From: an uncultured Desulfatitalea sp.
GTDB taxonomy: Bacteria; Desulfobacterota; Desulfobacteria; Desulfobacterales; Desulfosarcinaceae
DNA: 64,000 nt
Reading direction: 5' to 3'
Assembly (NCBI GenBank): GCA_963668675.2
Contig: CAXXMB010000002.1
Span: 896,001 to 960,000, forward strand
Under the pieces are notes generated by a model. That model was not told the origin of the DNA. It saw only the letters and a list, made by a program, of their open reading frames with translations, and made no database searches. Both the position numbers and the translations under genes were made by a program. The first letter of the stretch is position 1. Each line of letters starts with the position of its first letter. Shown here one piece after another: positions 1-9,763 of this stretch.

Positions 1-279
1 TGCTCCGTGGCCATCGAAAAGAACGGCCGCTACGAGTGGGCCATTGCCAATCGGGGGCAGGCGTATCTGAATTCGGGAAACCCGAAGCTTGCCCTTGCGG
101 ATTTCGAACGGGCGGCTGCCCTGAATCCGAACGATGCCTGGAACCTGGCCCACCGCGGTGAAGCTCACCGAAAACTGGGCAATCGCAAGGCGGCCGTCAG
201 AGATTTCAAACAAGCCTTGAAACGCGATCCCGGGTACGCATGGGCAAAAAACAGGTTAGAAACGATCAAAAAGAGATAG
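1..279 (+). CDS. TPR-repeat protein, C-terminal part (probably truncated by window start)
   Basis: TPR consensus repeats (AIANRGQAY...ALADFERAAALNP; LAHRGEAH...AVRDFKQALKRDP); frame is open to the window edge. Confidence 0.85.
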   Translation, partial: CSVAIEKNGRYEWAIANRGQAYLNSGNPKLALADFERAAALNPNDAWNLAHRGEAHRKLGNRKAAVRDFKQALKRDPGYAWAKNRLETIKKR

Positions 280-407
280 AAAACACTATATCTTATCAGT
301 TACAAACCAGGCATTGAGGCGAAAGCGCCCGTCCGTGTCGATCACGCGAAAACCGGTATTCGCGGTTGCATCGGCAAACTCGGCACGGTCGAGGCGGACG
401 TTTTAGG

Positions 408-520
408 ATGTTCGAGCAACCGGATAAAATTCTGGTTTGTGGCGCGGTCGATCCCAACATGACCTTTATCATTCCCATGGTGGCCTCGGTTGTCGAGCGG
501 CACGGCGCTATGAGCCAACG
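408..520 (+). pseudogene. Remnant of a PEP-utilising enzyme mobile domain
   Basis: ILVCGAVDPNMTFIIPMVASVVERHGAM resembles the PEP-utiliser mobile-domain motif, but the His-containing continuation (HxAIxARE) is absent. Confidence 0.45.
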
Positions 521-787
521 AATAATTATCGGTAACCGTTCCTTCCAATCCTTGACACTACTGGAAAAGGGCCATATTTTTGAAAGTATACTATTGAATG
601 TATGGCTTGAAAATTCCATGCGACGACCGGTCGCAGATCTTTCTGTCTGACCTGAACCGCCCGCTGACAACCGACATAGGCATCACCTTGTAACTGCCCT
701 GTACTGAAAACCAGCCTTTATCTGCTTTATCACGTTCCCAGGCCGTACCCTTTTAGTTCCAAACAATCAAACAAGAAGGAGCCGTAA

Positions 788-1099
788 ATGGACGTAATGG
801 ATTACTGCAAAGCGATGGAGATGGAGATGACGGCCTGGAAGGCCAAGCTTTATGACACCATGCGCAAAATCGACAGGCTGGGGAGCGCTGAAAAAGAACA
901 TATTCTTCCCAATATGCAGGATCTTCACATCTATTTGAAAGAGATGGAGGACCGGGTGGCGCAGCTGAAGACCGAGTGTCCGACCGAGTGGAGCCCTGTC
1001 AAACAAGAAATCGACAAGGGAACGGTAGACATGCGTGGCAAGTATGAGGAAACCATGGATGCCATCGGCAAGGCGTCACCGGTATCGGTACCCGGATAG
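788..1099 (+). CDS. Small helical/coiled-coil hypothetical protein
   Basis: 103-aa ORF with a strong RBS (AAGGAG) before ATG and host-like codon usage. Confidence 0.8.
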   Translation: MDVMDYCKAMEMEMTAWKAKLYDTMRKIDRLGSAEKEHILPNMQDLHIYLKEMEDRVAQLKTECPTEWSPVKQEIDKGTVDMRGKYEETMDAIGKASPVSVPG

Positions 1100-1272
1100 A
1101 TCGAGTGATCAGAAATTATATAGTTGCTCTTATCCAGTATAGATCGAGCTCTTATTACGTTCACTTCTCCCGCTGAATGGCCAGGTAGTGGCCAATGTCA
1201 CATTCGGCGTTGCGGATCTCCACGATTTTCCACTCCGTGTTAAGGTTTTTGCAGCTTGTTACGGCTGCGGCG

Positions 1273-1866
1273 CTATCGGATAAATCCCAATTCACCGCGC
1301 ACACGGTAAGCGCCGTTGCAGAGCAGCTCGACCAACACCCCATGCCCGGAACTTACCGCTTCACCTGTGATTCCGGCGATGGTTACGTAGTGGGTCACCA
1401 TGATAATCAGTCGACCTTCAAATGGTTGTTTAGACAGAAACGCACGAAGTGCGGAGAGCTTGGGTTCGCGATCCTGGGGGCGCTCGAAAAAAGAGTTCAG
1501 TGCCGGCAGCTCGTTTACAGGGCCCAGCCCGAGTAATTCAGCCGTTTCAAGGCAGCGGCACCACTGGCTGGAGTAAACACGAGCCTCCAAAACACCCCTA
1601 TTGCGCAGCCATCTCCCGATCTCTCGCGCCTGCTCACGACCTTGCTCATTGAGATTTCTCTGGGTTGCACAATCCCCTATATCGAAGTGGCTCGGATCGC
1701 CGCTACCGGGCGCGAAGGCATGTCTAATCAACAATATATGCCCGCCGGCCTTCAACCGCTCGACCAGCTCTGCAGGGGATGACGCGGCGCTCTGCGCAAA
1801 GAATATCAAAACGGATACCACCGATAGGGAGGAAGCGGTTAAGATGACCATCAAATATTTTTTCAT
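1273..1866 (-). CDS. Histidine phosphatase family protein, exported
   Basis: N-terminal signal/TM segment; LLIRHA, SSQWCRCLETA and VTH motifs. Confidence 0.85.
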   Translation of the reverse strand: MKKYLMVILTASSLSVVSVLIFFAQSAASSPAELVERLKAGGHILLIRHAFAPGSGDPSHFDIGDCATQRNLNEQGREQAREIGRWLRNRGVLEARVYSSQWCRCLETAELLGLGPVNELPALNSFFERPQDREPKLSALRAFLSKQPFEGRLIIMVTHYVTIAGITGEAVSSGHGVLVELLCNGAYRVRGELGFIR

Positions 1867-2133
1867 CTGTCACGTCCCTTCAATCGCGCGAGATTTGTTC
1901 CCAAACTGCTTCAACTGAATGGGCCCGTGTCTCGCTTTTCAACAGTTCATCAATTATACGCTGGTAAGCTTAAGGAGAGAAGCGGAAATCACGCCGTTGG
2001 CATCCCATACAAAACACCCCTCAGGCGGGGACCATGGCAAACCTGCTGCTTTTAGACGTCGCGCAGCGAACAGAACCTTTTCATCAAATAAGATGGGCGA
2101 CAGATCGTCAAAATTATGATACTTCTCCCCCCT

Positions 2134-2174
2134 AAAAAAAAGAAAAGGAGAGACCCGACGGCCTCTCCTTTTTT
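2134..2174. terminator. Intrinsic terminator (bidirectional type)
   Basis: AAAAGGAGAG-N10-CTCTCCTTTT hairpin with A/T tracts on both sides, downstream of the 2214..3182 gene. Confidence 0.7.
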
Positions 2175-2213
2175 CATCGCTGCGACAGGTACAACGCGGG
2201 GTGGGAGTAGCGC

Positions 2214-3182
2214 CTATCCCTCAGCATCTTTTTCGAGTTGATCCAGCTTATCGGGATCTGAAACAGCGATATCCACGAGCGCTTTCGGGATCGAGCTCTG
2301 CTCGCACATCACCCGGATCTCCTTCTCCTCTTCGCTGAACTCCATAATTTCGCGGATCGACTCGATGTAACCGAGCATGTCGTCGGCCGATATATCTTCC
2401 AGTGCAGGCCCCTCAGCCTCCTTCTTCTTGCGCGCGGCCTCCTCTTCGGCCAACCGCTGCTTCTCCTTCAGCTCCTCCTCCATGGCCTTATTGGCGGCAT
2501 CGATGTCCGCCTGGCCCACTCCCGCCATTTCAATCATCAACGCTTCGGCAACATTGTTATCAAAAAGGTACCGGATCTTCTCTTCATTGCTCTTATCCGC
2601 CACCTTTTCGAGCAGGCCGGCAACCCGTTTTCTTTCCGCACGCTCCGCCGCTATATCGGCATGCACCTGCTTCAGCTTATCCTCTGCAAGCTCCATGGCA
2701 CTGGTGATCACAGCGTCATCCACCTCCTCCTTGATGAGCAGGCGGATGCCCTCGTCGCCCTGAAGGCCCTTTGCCTTGGCAATCAGCAGGTCGAGTTTCG
2801 CCTGCTCTACCATCCCGACCACATCGGGCCTGCAGGCCGAGCTTCTCAGCTCCGGCCATGTATCGCCCAGTTTGTCGAGCATGTTGCTCGTGGCAAGAAA
2901 GGGGTCGGCCACGGTTTCCAGTGTGAGGGCCGAAATCTCGGCATTGAAATCTTTCAGCATCGGCCGCCCGATGCTGCGCGCCTTATCCACCGCAAACCTC
3001 AGTTTGATTAAATTCCCCCCGTGATGCGAAACATTGTACCCGGCATCGTCAAGCTCGCCTGCCATCTGTTGAATCGAAGCTTCCGGGTTTTCCCCCGAAA
3101 GAACCTCAGATTCGAACTTTAGGATACTCTCCTCAATTAAAAACCAGAGCGGCTTTTTCCCCGTTTCCTCGTTACTCGCCAT
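2214..3182 (-). CDS. Acidic helical hypothetical protein
   Basis: 322-aa ORF from ATG 3182 with GGAG RBS; E/K/A-rich; followed by a terminator. Confidence 0.85.
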   Translation of the reverse strand: MASNEETGKKPLWFLIEESILKFESEVLSGENPEASIQQMAGELDDAGYNVSHHGGNLIKLRFAVDKARSIGRPMLKDFNAEISALTLETVADPFLATSNMLDKLGDTWPELRSSACRPDVVGMVEQAKLDLLIAKAKGLQGDEGIRLLIKEEVDDAVITSAMELAEDKLKQVHADIAAERAERKRVAGLLEKVADKSNEEKIRYLFDNNVAEALMIEMAGVGQADIDAANKAMEEELKEKQRLAEEEAARKKKEAEGPALEDISADDMLGYIESIREIMEFSEEEKEIRVMCEQSSIPKALVDIAVSDPDKLDQLEKDAEG

Positions 3183-3620
3183 TTTCCAATCTCCTTTCAA
3201 TCATTTAAACCGATTCAAGCCTGGGCATTCCCACCTCATCATTTAGGAGCTAATGATCGCCTACCCTACCGTGTTTCGTCGATCATTAACTCCATAAGTT
3301 TGCCCTTACCTTCATATACCATGTTGGTTTAACAGGTTTTATTACGTTTCAGACGATAACTATATGCGATGCCAAATCGGTATGCAATTTATTAATGACA
3401 AGATATGGCCGGACGCTCAAGCAAAAAAACCGCTATCACTCAATTGTCTGGTTGAAATTGGATACGATCTGGAAAACAGAACACCATCGCCGAAAAAGCG
3501 CTCATTGTGCTTCACGCAGACCTTGGCTTTTCGCATCGCCTTGACCACCGCCCGGAATAGCAGCTTGGCAAACTTGGATGCATTTACGTGAAGCGCAATA
3601 TTCTCTTTTCTTTCATTTTT

Positions 3621-4259
3621 CTAAATTTCGAGAACCTTTCCAGCCCCTCCTCCGATATAGCGGTCTGGATAGAGAGACGCTATTTCCTTTTGATACTGAG
3701 TACAATGGGTCGCACAGATCAGATCGAAACGTTTCAATGATTCAGGCCTGTTGCCATGCAATCCGCCGATAATCCCGTAGACATTTCCAAACCCGGACGC
3801 AGCCCCCAAGATGTCCACCATTGGCGGGTGTGAACAGCCCGCCACCAACACAATACCTTCCGGCGTGTCGATGCAGAGCGATTGCTCTATCCCGTCCAAC
3901 TCCCCGGTGGAATAGATGCCTTCGTATAGCCTTGCGGGGGCCTCTACCTCAACCACTTCTCTTGCATTTTTGACGCCCCGAAAAGAGGGAGGGACCCAGA
4001 TCTTCACACGATTGTTCTGATCCAGGAAAGCGGACAACCCCCCGGTATGATCGAAGTGAGCGTGGGAAATAAAAACGTCTCCGATCTCATCTGGGGCAAT
4101 TCCCAACTTGCTCATGTTTGAAAGCAGAATAGAACCACTTCCGCCGGTATCAAAAAGAATCGTTTTTCCATTTGCCTCAACAAGGGCGGAAAACCCCCAA
4201 TCGGCCTGAAGCTCCTGCGTGAAAGCAGTATTATCGTAGACAATGGTAACTCTCATCAT
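3621..4259 (-). CDS. MBL-fold metallo-hydrolase
   Basis: WGFSALVE, ILFDTG, SHAHFDHTGG, GCSHP, GGLH and HCT motifs. Confidence 0.9.
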   Translation of the reverse strand: MMRVTIVYDNTAFTQELQADWGFSALVEANGKTILFDTGGSGSILLSNMSKLGIAPDEIGDVFISHAHFDHTGGLSAFLDQNNRVKIWVPPSFRGVKNAREVVEVEAPARLYEGIYSTGELDGIEQSLCIDTPEGIVLVAGCSHPPMVDILGAASGFGNVYGIIGGLHGNRPESLKRFDLICATHCTQYQKEIASLYPDRYIGGGAGKVLEI

Positions 4260-4396
4260 ATCTCTCCCCGAATCATCGTGTTGCGACACCTGAGCTAAAC
4301 CGGTTCTGTTGCATCTCTTTTCTGATGTTCACACCTGCCCGATAACGGTTGTTCCTCGCGGGCAGCGCTTCAACCTTGAGTGGTCCGCATTTCATG

Positions 4397-5782
4397 TCAC
4401 GCTGCCAGCAAGTAACCCGCATGCTGCCAGGCAGTGAGACCGCCGGCCAGGCTGTGGACATGGACGAACCCGTCCTGCTTGAGCCGGCTGGCCACGATAT
4501 TGGCCCGATACCCGGTGCCGCAAACCAGGATCACCTCCTCATCCTTGGGCATGTCCAGGCCACCTTCCAGGATATCCGTCATCGGCACATGGCGCGAATC
4601 GGCGATATAACCCTGGGCCCACTCCTCCTGGGTGCGCACATCCACCACACGGCAGACATCCCCATTTCCCAGCTGTTGCTTGAGCCCTTGGGCAGAGATC
4701 GGCGACAAGCTGTCGATCGGCATTCCATGGGCGATCCAAGCCGACATGCCACCAGACAGATAGCCGAAAATATTATCATAGCCGATCCGATGCAACTCGG
4801 TGGTCATCAAATCATACTTCTCCCGATCGTCCACCACCAGCAGAAGGTCGTCCAAAGGGTCGACCACCATGCCGATCCAGTTGGCCATCTGCTTCTCGAA
4901 ACCGATATTGATCGCACTGGGAATGTGGAAGCCGCCAAATGAGGCCGTGTCACGCGTATCAATCACCGTGGCCCCCTGCCTGCGAAGTTGGTCGAACTGA
5001 TCCGGATTGAGCGTCTGCTCCAGGGGGCAGCGCTCGAGCAGGGGCGCCCCCTGTATATTGGTATTGATAATATGGGTAAAACTTTTAGGACGAACGGGAA
5101 ACGCCCCGGCAATTTGGTCATGGAACGCATCGAACCCCTCCAGACCCAAAACCGGCTGGGTCAAACGTTCGTAGCCCAGTGTGCTGCTCGCCTTGGCGCT
5201 CAATCCCTTCCCGCAGAGGGACCCCTGGCCATGGGCCGGGAAAACCTCCAGATAGTCCGGCAGGCGCTGCAGTTTTTCATATAGCGAATCATACAGGTTA
5301 TGAACCTGCTCCTCCAGAATCTCGGCCCCGGCCAGATCCGGCCGCCCGATGGACCCGACGAAAAGAAGGTCGCCGGTCAGTATCATCCAGGGAAGTTCCG
5401 CCCGCGCTTTGTCCGTTACCAGAATCGACAGGGAGTTCGGTGTGTGGCCCGGGGTGTAGAGGATCTCGAGCTTGACCATGCCGAACTCGATGATATCACC
5501 CTCTTTCAACTTCTGGTGCTCGAAATTGACCGGCGCGTTTTCATTGAAATAGATCGCCGCCCCGGTCCGTGATTTCAGCTCCTGGTTGCCGCTGACATGA
5601 TCGGCGTGCACATGGGTTTCAATGATGTGGGTGATCTTCATCCCTTCATCGCGGGAGATGTCCATGTAGTCCTGCACATCCCGTTTGGGATCCACCACCA
5701 CCGCCTGCCTTGCTCCGGGACAACCAATGACATAAGAGTTGCACCCCAGCCCCGGCACTGTAATCTGTTTAAAATACATCAT
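4397..5782 (-). CDS. MBL-fold hydrolase with two rhodanese domains (persulfide dioxygenase/sulfurtransferase-like)
   Basis: ETHVHADH, TPGHT, TGDLLFVGSIGRPDL, PAHGQGSLCG; C-terminal rhodanese DVRTQEEW...CGTGYRA. Confidence 0.9.
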   Translation of the reverse strand: MMYFKQITVPGLGCNSYVIGCPGARQAVVVDPKRDVQDYMDISRDEGMKITHIIETHVHADHVSGNQELKSRTGAAIYFNENAPVNFEHQKLKEGDIIEFGMVKLEILYTPGHTPNSLSILVTDKARAELPWMILTGDLLFVGSIGRPDLAGAEILEEQVHNLYDSLYEKLQRLPDYLEVFPAHGQGSLCGKGLSAKASSTLGYERLTQPVLGLEGFDAFHDQIAGAFPVRPKSFTHIINTNIQGAPLLERCPLEQTLNPDQFDQLRRQGATVIDTRDTASFGGFHIPSAINIGFEKQMANWIGMVVDPLDDLLLVVDDREKYDLMTTELHRIGYDNIFGYLSGGMSAWIAHGMPIDSLSPISAQGLKQQLGNGDVCRVVDVRTQEEWAQGYIADSRHVPMTDILEGGLDMPKDEEVILVCGTGYRANIVASRLKQDGFVHVHSLAGGLTAWQHAGYLLAA

Positions 5783-5871
5783 TCACCTCCGTTATTGAAC
5801 ACGTTCATGTAAAAAGGTATCGTCGCGCATCGTTCATGCTCGACGACCACGGTTTGCTCTCTAATAGATGA

Positions 5872-6480
5872 TCATTGCGGTACATCCGACAGGGTCGTTT
5901 TGATGGCCTCCACGAAGTGGTAAAACAGACTCGTCCGCTTCCTCTTCGAACGGCGGTCAAGATGTTCAAACATCTTCTCTCTGAGTCCTCTCGAAATTTC
6001 CAGCTGCACACCTTCGCCACTTTTGCATCGGTTGCAAATGTTTTCAGGATTGATGCCGCGAAGCCCTGGCGCCTCACTGATCACAGCGCAAAATCCGGCT
6101 CTTCTCAGGGCCTGCGTTATGTTCTGCATCAGTGCCTGCTTTAGACCGCCTATGAACACCGCATGCCCCGTGTCTCTTGCACCGTGAACCGAAATGACAA
6201 CAGATGCATTTTGACAAATCCTCGATCCGATGGGTTCATCATAGCGGTTACTGGTGAGGTGCAATATGGTATTGCCTTTTTGCTTTATCCCTTTGAAAGC
6301 ATAAAATGTATAATCGTTTCCCGCTATCTCGTCTGCGATATCGATCGTTCCAGGCTCGATGCCACCCCCGTGGGGCGCGATGATGGCAACTTTTGAGTCG
6401 AGCACACGGCATAAAAGAGTGTAATCTTCACCCTCTCTTTCATGCTTGGCCAACTCGGCAAAATTTGGATAGTGGTCCAT
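5872..6480 (-). CDS. Poly-gamma-glutamate hydrolase family protein (DUF867/YjqB-like)
   Basis: Y-x-NFAEL, APHGGGIEPGT, LHLTS-x-x-YDEP, SVHG, NICN, GVQLEIS motifs. Confidence 0.85.
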   Translation of the reverse strand: MDHYPNFAELAKHEREGEDYTLLCRVLDSKVAIIAPHGGGIEPGTIDIADEIAGNDYTFYAFKGIKQKGNTILHLTSNRYDEPIGSRICQNASVVISVHGARDTGHAVFIGGLKQALMQNITQALRRAGFCAVISEAPGLRGINPENICNRCKSGEGVQLEISRGLREKMFEHLDRRSKRKRTSLFYHFVEAIKTTLSDVPQ

Positions 6481-6646
6481 TCGGTTTGGTTTTATGCAAA
6501 CGTTAGGTCCTGCCTAATTTCTGAAACAGACACATTTAAATCGTACTCTCATTTGACGATATTATCACCACATGTTTAATCGTCGTACAACTTTATACAT
6601 CATCCCCTCTTGCGACAACTCATTAAATTGGCTATAAAATCACACC

Positions 6647-8377
6647 ATGGAATGTCCATCGTGCCATACCGGCAATCCAGGCGGGCAAAAATTCTGCGGT
6701 TCTTGCGGCCAACGGCTCGAGGCCTTGTGTCCCCGGTGCCAGGCGGCCAATCCACCCGGCTATAAATTTTGCGGTCAATGCGGTGCCAATCTGACATTGG
6801 CGGGCGCCATCACCCTTGCCCGTTCCGGGCTGATCACCCAAGTCAACCCGAAAGCGCTGGAGATGCTCGGCTGCAAGCAGCAGGAGATGCAGGGAAAGCC
6901 CTTTTCACTCTTTGTGGTGCAGAGGGACCTGGTGGTCTTCTTTTCCCACCTGAACGATCTGCTCAGCAGCGCTAAACGGCAATCATTTGAAATCAACCTG
7001 AAGCGCAATGAGCGCAGCGCGCTTAATGCGATGCTCGAATGCAGCGTTGATCAGGAAGATCCCAAGTCCATCGACGCCGTTCACATCGTCATGACGGAAA
7101 GCACGAACAACCATACCGCCGCCGACCAGTTGCAGCGCGAGCAGGAACTGCTGGCACTGATCTTTTCGGCGGCGAACAATATCAGCACGGTCAGCAAAAA
7201 GCATCTTCGGCAGTCGATCGAAGATGCTCTCAAAAAGGTGTGCCTCTTCACCCAAGCGGACATCTGCTTCATCTGCGGCATCAACCGGGCGACCAATCGC
7301 CTCGATGGGCTCTACGAGTGGCGCCAGTCGTCACTGCCGGAGAAGGGAACCAAATTGCAGAGCGTTCCTCTATCCAGAATCAAACGCACCATTATCAAGC
7401 TCCGCCAGGAGAAGATGTTGTCCCTTCCCGATCTGACTGAACTGGAAGCGCTGGAACGCGAAGAGCTGCTCTCGTGGCACAACCTAGACATCGAATCGAT
7501 CCTCTGCTATCTGATCTATGCCGGGAAGATGCCCATCGGGGTGATCGGTATCGCAAAACTATCGGCGGTCGACGAATGGCAACCGGAATATGAATCGCTG
7601 GTCAAATTTTTTGGAGATTTTATCTCAGGCCGCCTGCCCGCCGCCGCTCTCACTACCAAGGCGTCGGAAGGGAGCCGATCCGCTCCTTCGGCCGAAAATA
7701 CCGTCGCGAACAGATCAAAAACCGACACGCCTGCCGACATCATCTCGATCAATGAGAAACGGCGCGCTTCCGAAGGGGGGGCACGAGAACCACTAACCAG
7801 CGCTGCCGGCCGGTCATCGAAAGAGAACTGGCAGGCGCTGCCGGATATGACGCGCCCCATGCAGCTCGAATCCTACTCCGGGCGGCAGTCGCCCGACCAG
7901 CAACCGGTCTTTCCGCGCGATGACGGGCTGGTCCTTTTGACATGCCCTCGCTGCGGCATGCAGGAGTCGGTCTCCGTCGGTCAGTTCGACAAACTGGGCA
8001 ACTCCATCCTGGTGAGCTGCCCGTGCAGGAAGCAATTTATCGCCGTACTCGAGAAGCGGCGCTATTTCCGCAAATCGGTGCGGCTGGACGGCTACTTCTC
8101 CATCGGTGGCGATTTGGGTTCCATCGGAGCCGACGGCAACATCTGGGGGCCGATGGTCGTTGAGGATCTCTCCAAAGCGGGTCTGCGTTTCTCATCTGAA
8201 AGCGCCAACCTTGCCCGTGTGGGGGATAAGTTGATGGTAAGGTTCAACCTCGACAATACCAACCAGGCCCTGATCCATAAACCGGTCAGGGTGGTTTCGG
8301 TCAATGCGAATGAGGTGGGATGCAAATTTGAGGGGGCCGACAGTTATGACATCACGCTGGGATTCTACTTCATGTGA
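6647..8377 (+). CDS. Double zinc ribbon - PAS - GAF-like - zinc ribbon - PilZ protein
   Basis: Four N-terminal CxxC; PAS-like ITQVNPKALEMLG; C-terminal CPRC...CPC followed by PilZ RRYFR and DLSKAG. Confidence 0.85.
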   Translation: MECPSCHTGNPGGQKFCGSCGQRLEALCPRCQAANPPGYKFCGQCGANLTLAGAITLARSGLITQVNPKALEMLGCKQQEMQGKPFSLFVVQRDLVVFFSHLNDLLSSAKRQSFEINLKRNERSALNAMLECSVDQEDPKSIDAVHIVMTESTNNHTAADQLQREQELLALIFSAANNISTVSKKHLRQSIEDALKKVCLFTQADICFICGINRATNRLDGLYEWRQSSLPEKGTKLQSVPLSRIKRTIIKLRQEKMLSLPDLTELEALEREELLSWHNLDIESILCYLIYAGKMPIGVIGIAKLSAVDEWQPEYESLVKFFGDFISGRLPAAALTTKASEGSRSAPSAENTVANRSKTDTPADIISINEKRRASEGGAREPLTSAAGRSSKENWQALPDMTRPMQLESYSGRQSPDQQPVFPRDDGLVLLTCPRCGMQESVSVGQFDKLGNSILVSCPCRKQFIAVLEKRRYFRKSVRLDGYFSIGGDLGSIGADGNIWGPMVVEDLSKAGLRFSSESANLARVGDKLMVRFNLDNTNQALIHKPVRVVSVNANEVGCKFEGADSYDITLGFYFM

Positions 8378-8646
8378 GTATTGATAAATTCGTAAGAAGC
8401 CATTCGTACGTTATGCGGGACTGGATCCGGCATCCAGAAACCATTGCAAAAAAAATGATTCGTTCGATTGATGTGGAAATTTTCTATCCAGATGCGTTGA
8501 GCAGCCTGTTCCTGAAGAAGGTTGGACGGGCAATGAACCTTTGCCCTGTCAAAAGAAGCCTCAATAAGGACATAGAGATTCGCACACGATTTACTACCGG
8601 ATAGGTTCTGCCTGCATGGAGACCACCGTCGCCGGGAGCATCCACC

Positions 8647-9705
8647 GTGAAACCTGACAAGCGTGGGCATGCCGGGCATGATTCGCCCGACTTGAATGAG
8701 TTGACGCAAGATCAGCTACGCGATTGCGTAGAGGTGAGCAAGGCCATCACCGCAGAGCTCGATCCCGAACGGCTGATCCCCACCATCATGGAGCGGGTCT
8801 CCAGACTCCTGCCTTCGGAAACCTGGTCGCTTTTTCTGCTGGATGAGGCCACCCAGACACTTCGGTTTGAGATCAGCGTGGATATCGATATCGAGACGGT
8901 CCGGGATGTCCGTCTGGCCCTGGGGCAGGGTGTGGCGGGCAAAGCCGCACAGTTGCAGCAACTCCTGGTGATCGAAGATGTCTCCCAGTGCGACTTCTTC
9001 TTTAACCAGGTGGACGATACAACCGGCCAGCGAACCGAGTCGCTGGTCTGTGCCCCGATTCTTTACGGCGGGCAAGCCTTGGGTGTCCTTGAGGTGGTCA
9101 ATCCCAAACGCATGGATGCCGCCATGCTGGCCCAACTGCGCCTGCTCTCCGACTACCTGGCCATTGCCATCGAGAACACACGGCGCTACAAACTGATGGA
9201 AGAGATGGCCGTGCGCGACAACCTCACCGGCCTCTTCAACCAGCGCTATCTCTACCCGAATCTCAAACGCCACATTAAGCGTTGCCGCAATACGAACCGG
9301 CCCCTCTCGCTGATCTTCATGGACATGGACGACTTCAAAACCGTGGTCGACCGCTTGGGACATCTCAATGGCAGCCGTGCGTTGAGTGAGGTGGCCCAGC
9401 GCATCCAGGCCTGCCTGACCGAGCCGGCTTTCGGCGTCGCCTATGGCGGTGACGAGTTCGTGATCGTGTTACCGGAGATCAACCGTCCCCAGGCCGTGAA
9501 TCAGGCCACGCAGATCCGGCGCTCGATCAAAAATGCCCCCTACCTCACCCGTTGGGGTCATCAGGTGATGCTGACCGCCAGCTTCGGCGTGGCCACCTTC
9601 CCCGAAGATGCCGACGACGGCACCGGTCTGCTGGCCCTGGCCGACAATGCCATGTTTCGGGTTAAGACGACGGGGAAGGATAGGGTAGAAAAAGCTGAAG
9701 ACTGA
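8647..9705 (+). CDS. GAF-sensor diguanylate cyclase
   Basis: GAF (GQGVAG, SLVCAPI, LGVLEVVN); DNLTGLFN, DMDDFK, GGDEF, TASFGVA, ADNAMF. Confidence 0.92.
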   Translation: MKPDKRGHAGHDSPDLNELTQDQLRDCVEVSKAITAELDPERLIPTIMERVSRLLPSETWSLFLLDEATQTLRFEISVDIDIETVRDVRLALGQGVAGKAAQLQQLLVIEDVSQCDFFFNQVDDTTGQRTESLVCAPILYGGQALGVLEVVNPKRMDAAMLAQLRLLSDYLAIAIENTRRYKLMEEMAVRDNLTGLFNQRYLYPNLKRHIKRCRNTNRPLSLIFMDMDDFKTVVDRLGHLNGSRALSEVAQRIQACLTEPAFGVAYGGDEFVIVLPEINRPQAVNQATQIRRSIKNAPYLTRWGHQVMLTASFGVATFPEDADDGTGLLALADNAMFRVKTTGKDRVEKAED

Positions 9706-9736
9706 AGTGAGGAAGGGTCGCAAACCTTCAGTCTTC
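9697..9736. repeat. 11-bp inverted repeat between convergent genes, with heptamer-like short repeats
   Basis: GAAGACTGAAG...CTTCAGTCTTC, followed by CTTCGGA/CTTCTGT. Confidence 0.5.
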
Positions 9737-9763
9737 GGACTTCTGTCTTCTTCTCTCCAGCCC

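Noticed and set aside
5800..6640. Prophage remnant around the PGA-hydrolase gene
   Set aside because: No integrase, structural genes or att-like repeats nearby.
8374..8604. 76-aa ORF between the PilZ and GGDEF genes
   Set aside because: No motif and atypical composition; more likely promoter region, though its GTGA overlap with the upstream stop means it is not fully excluded.
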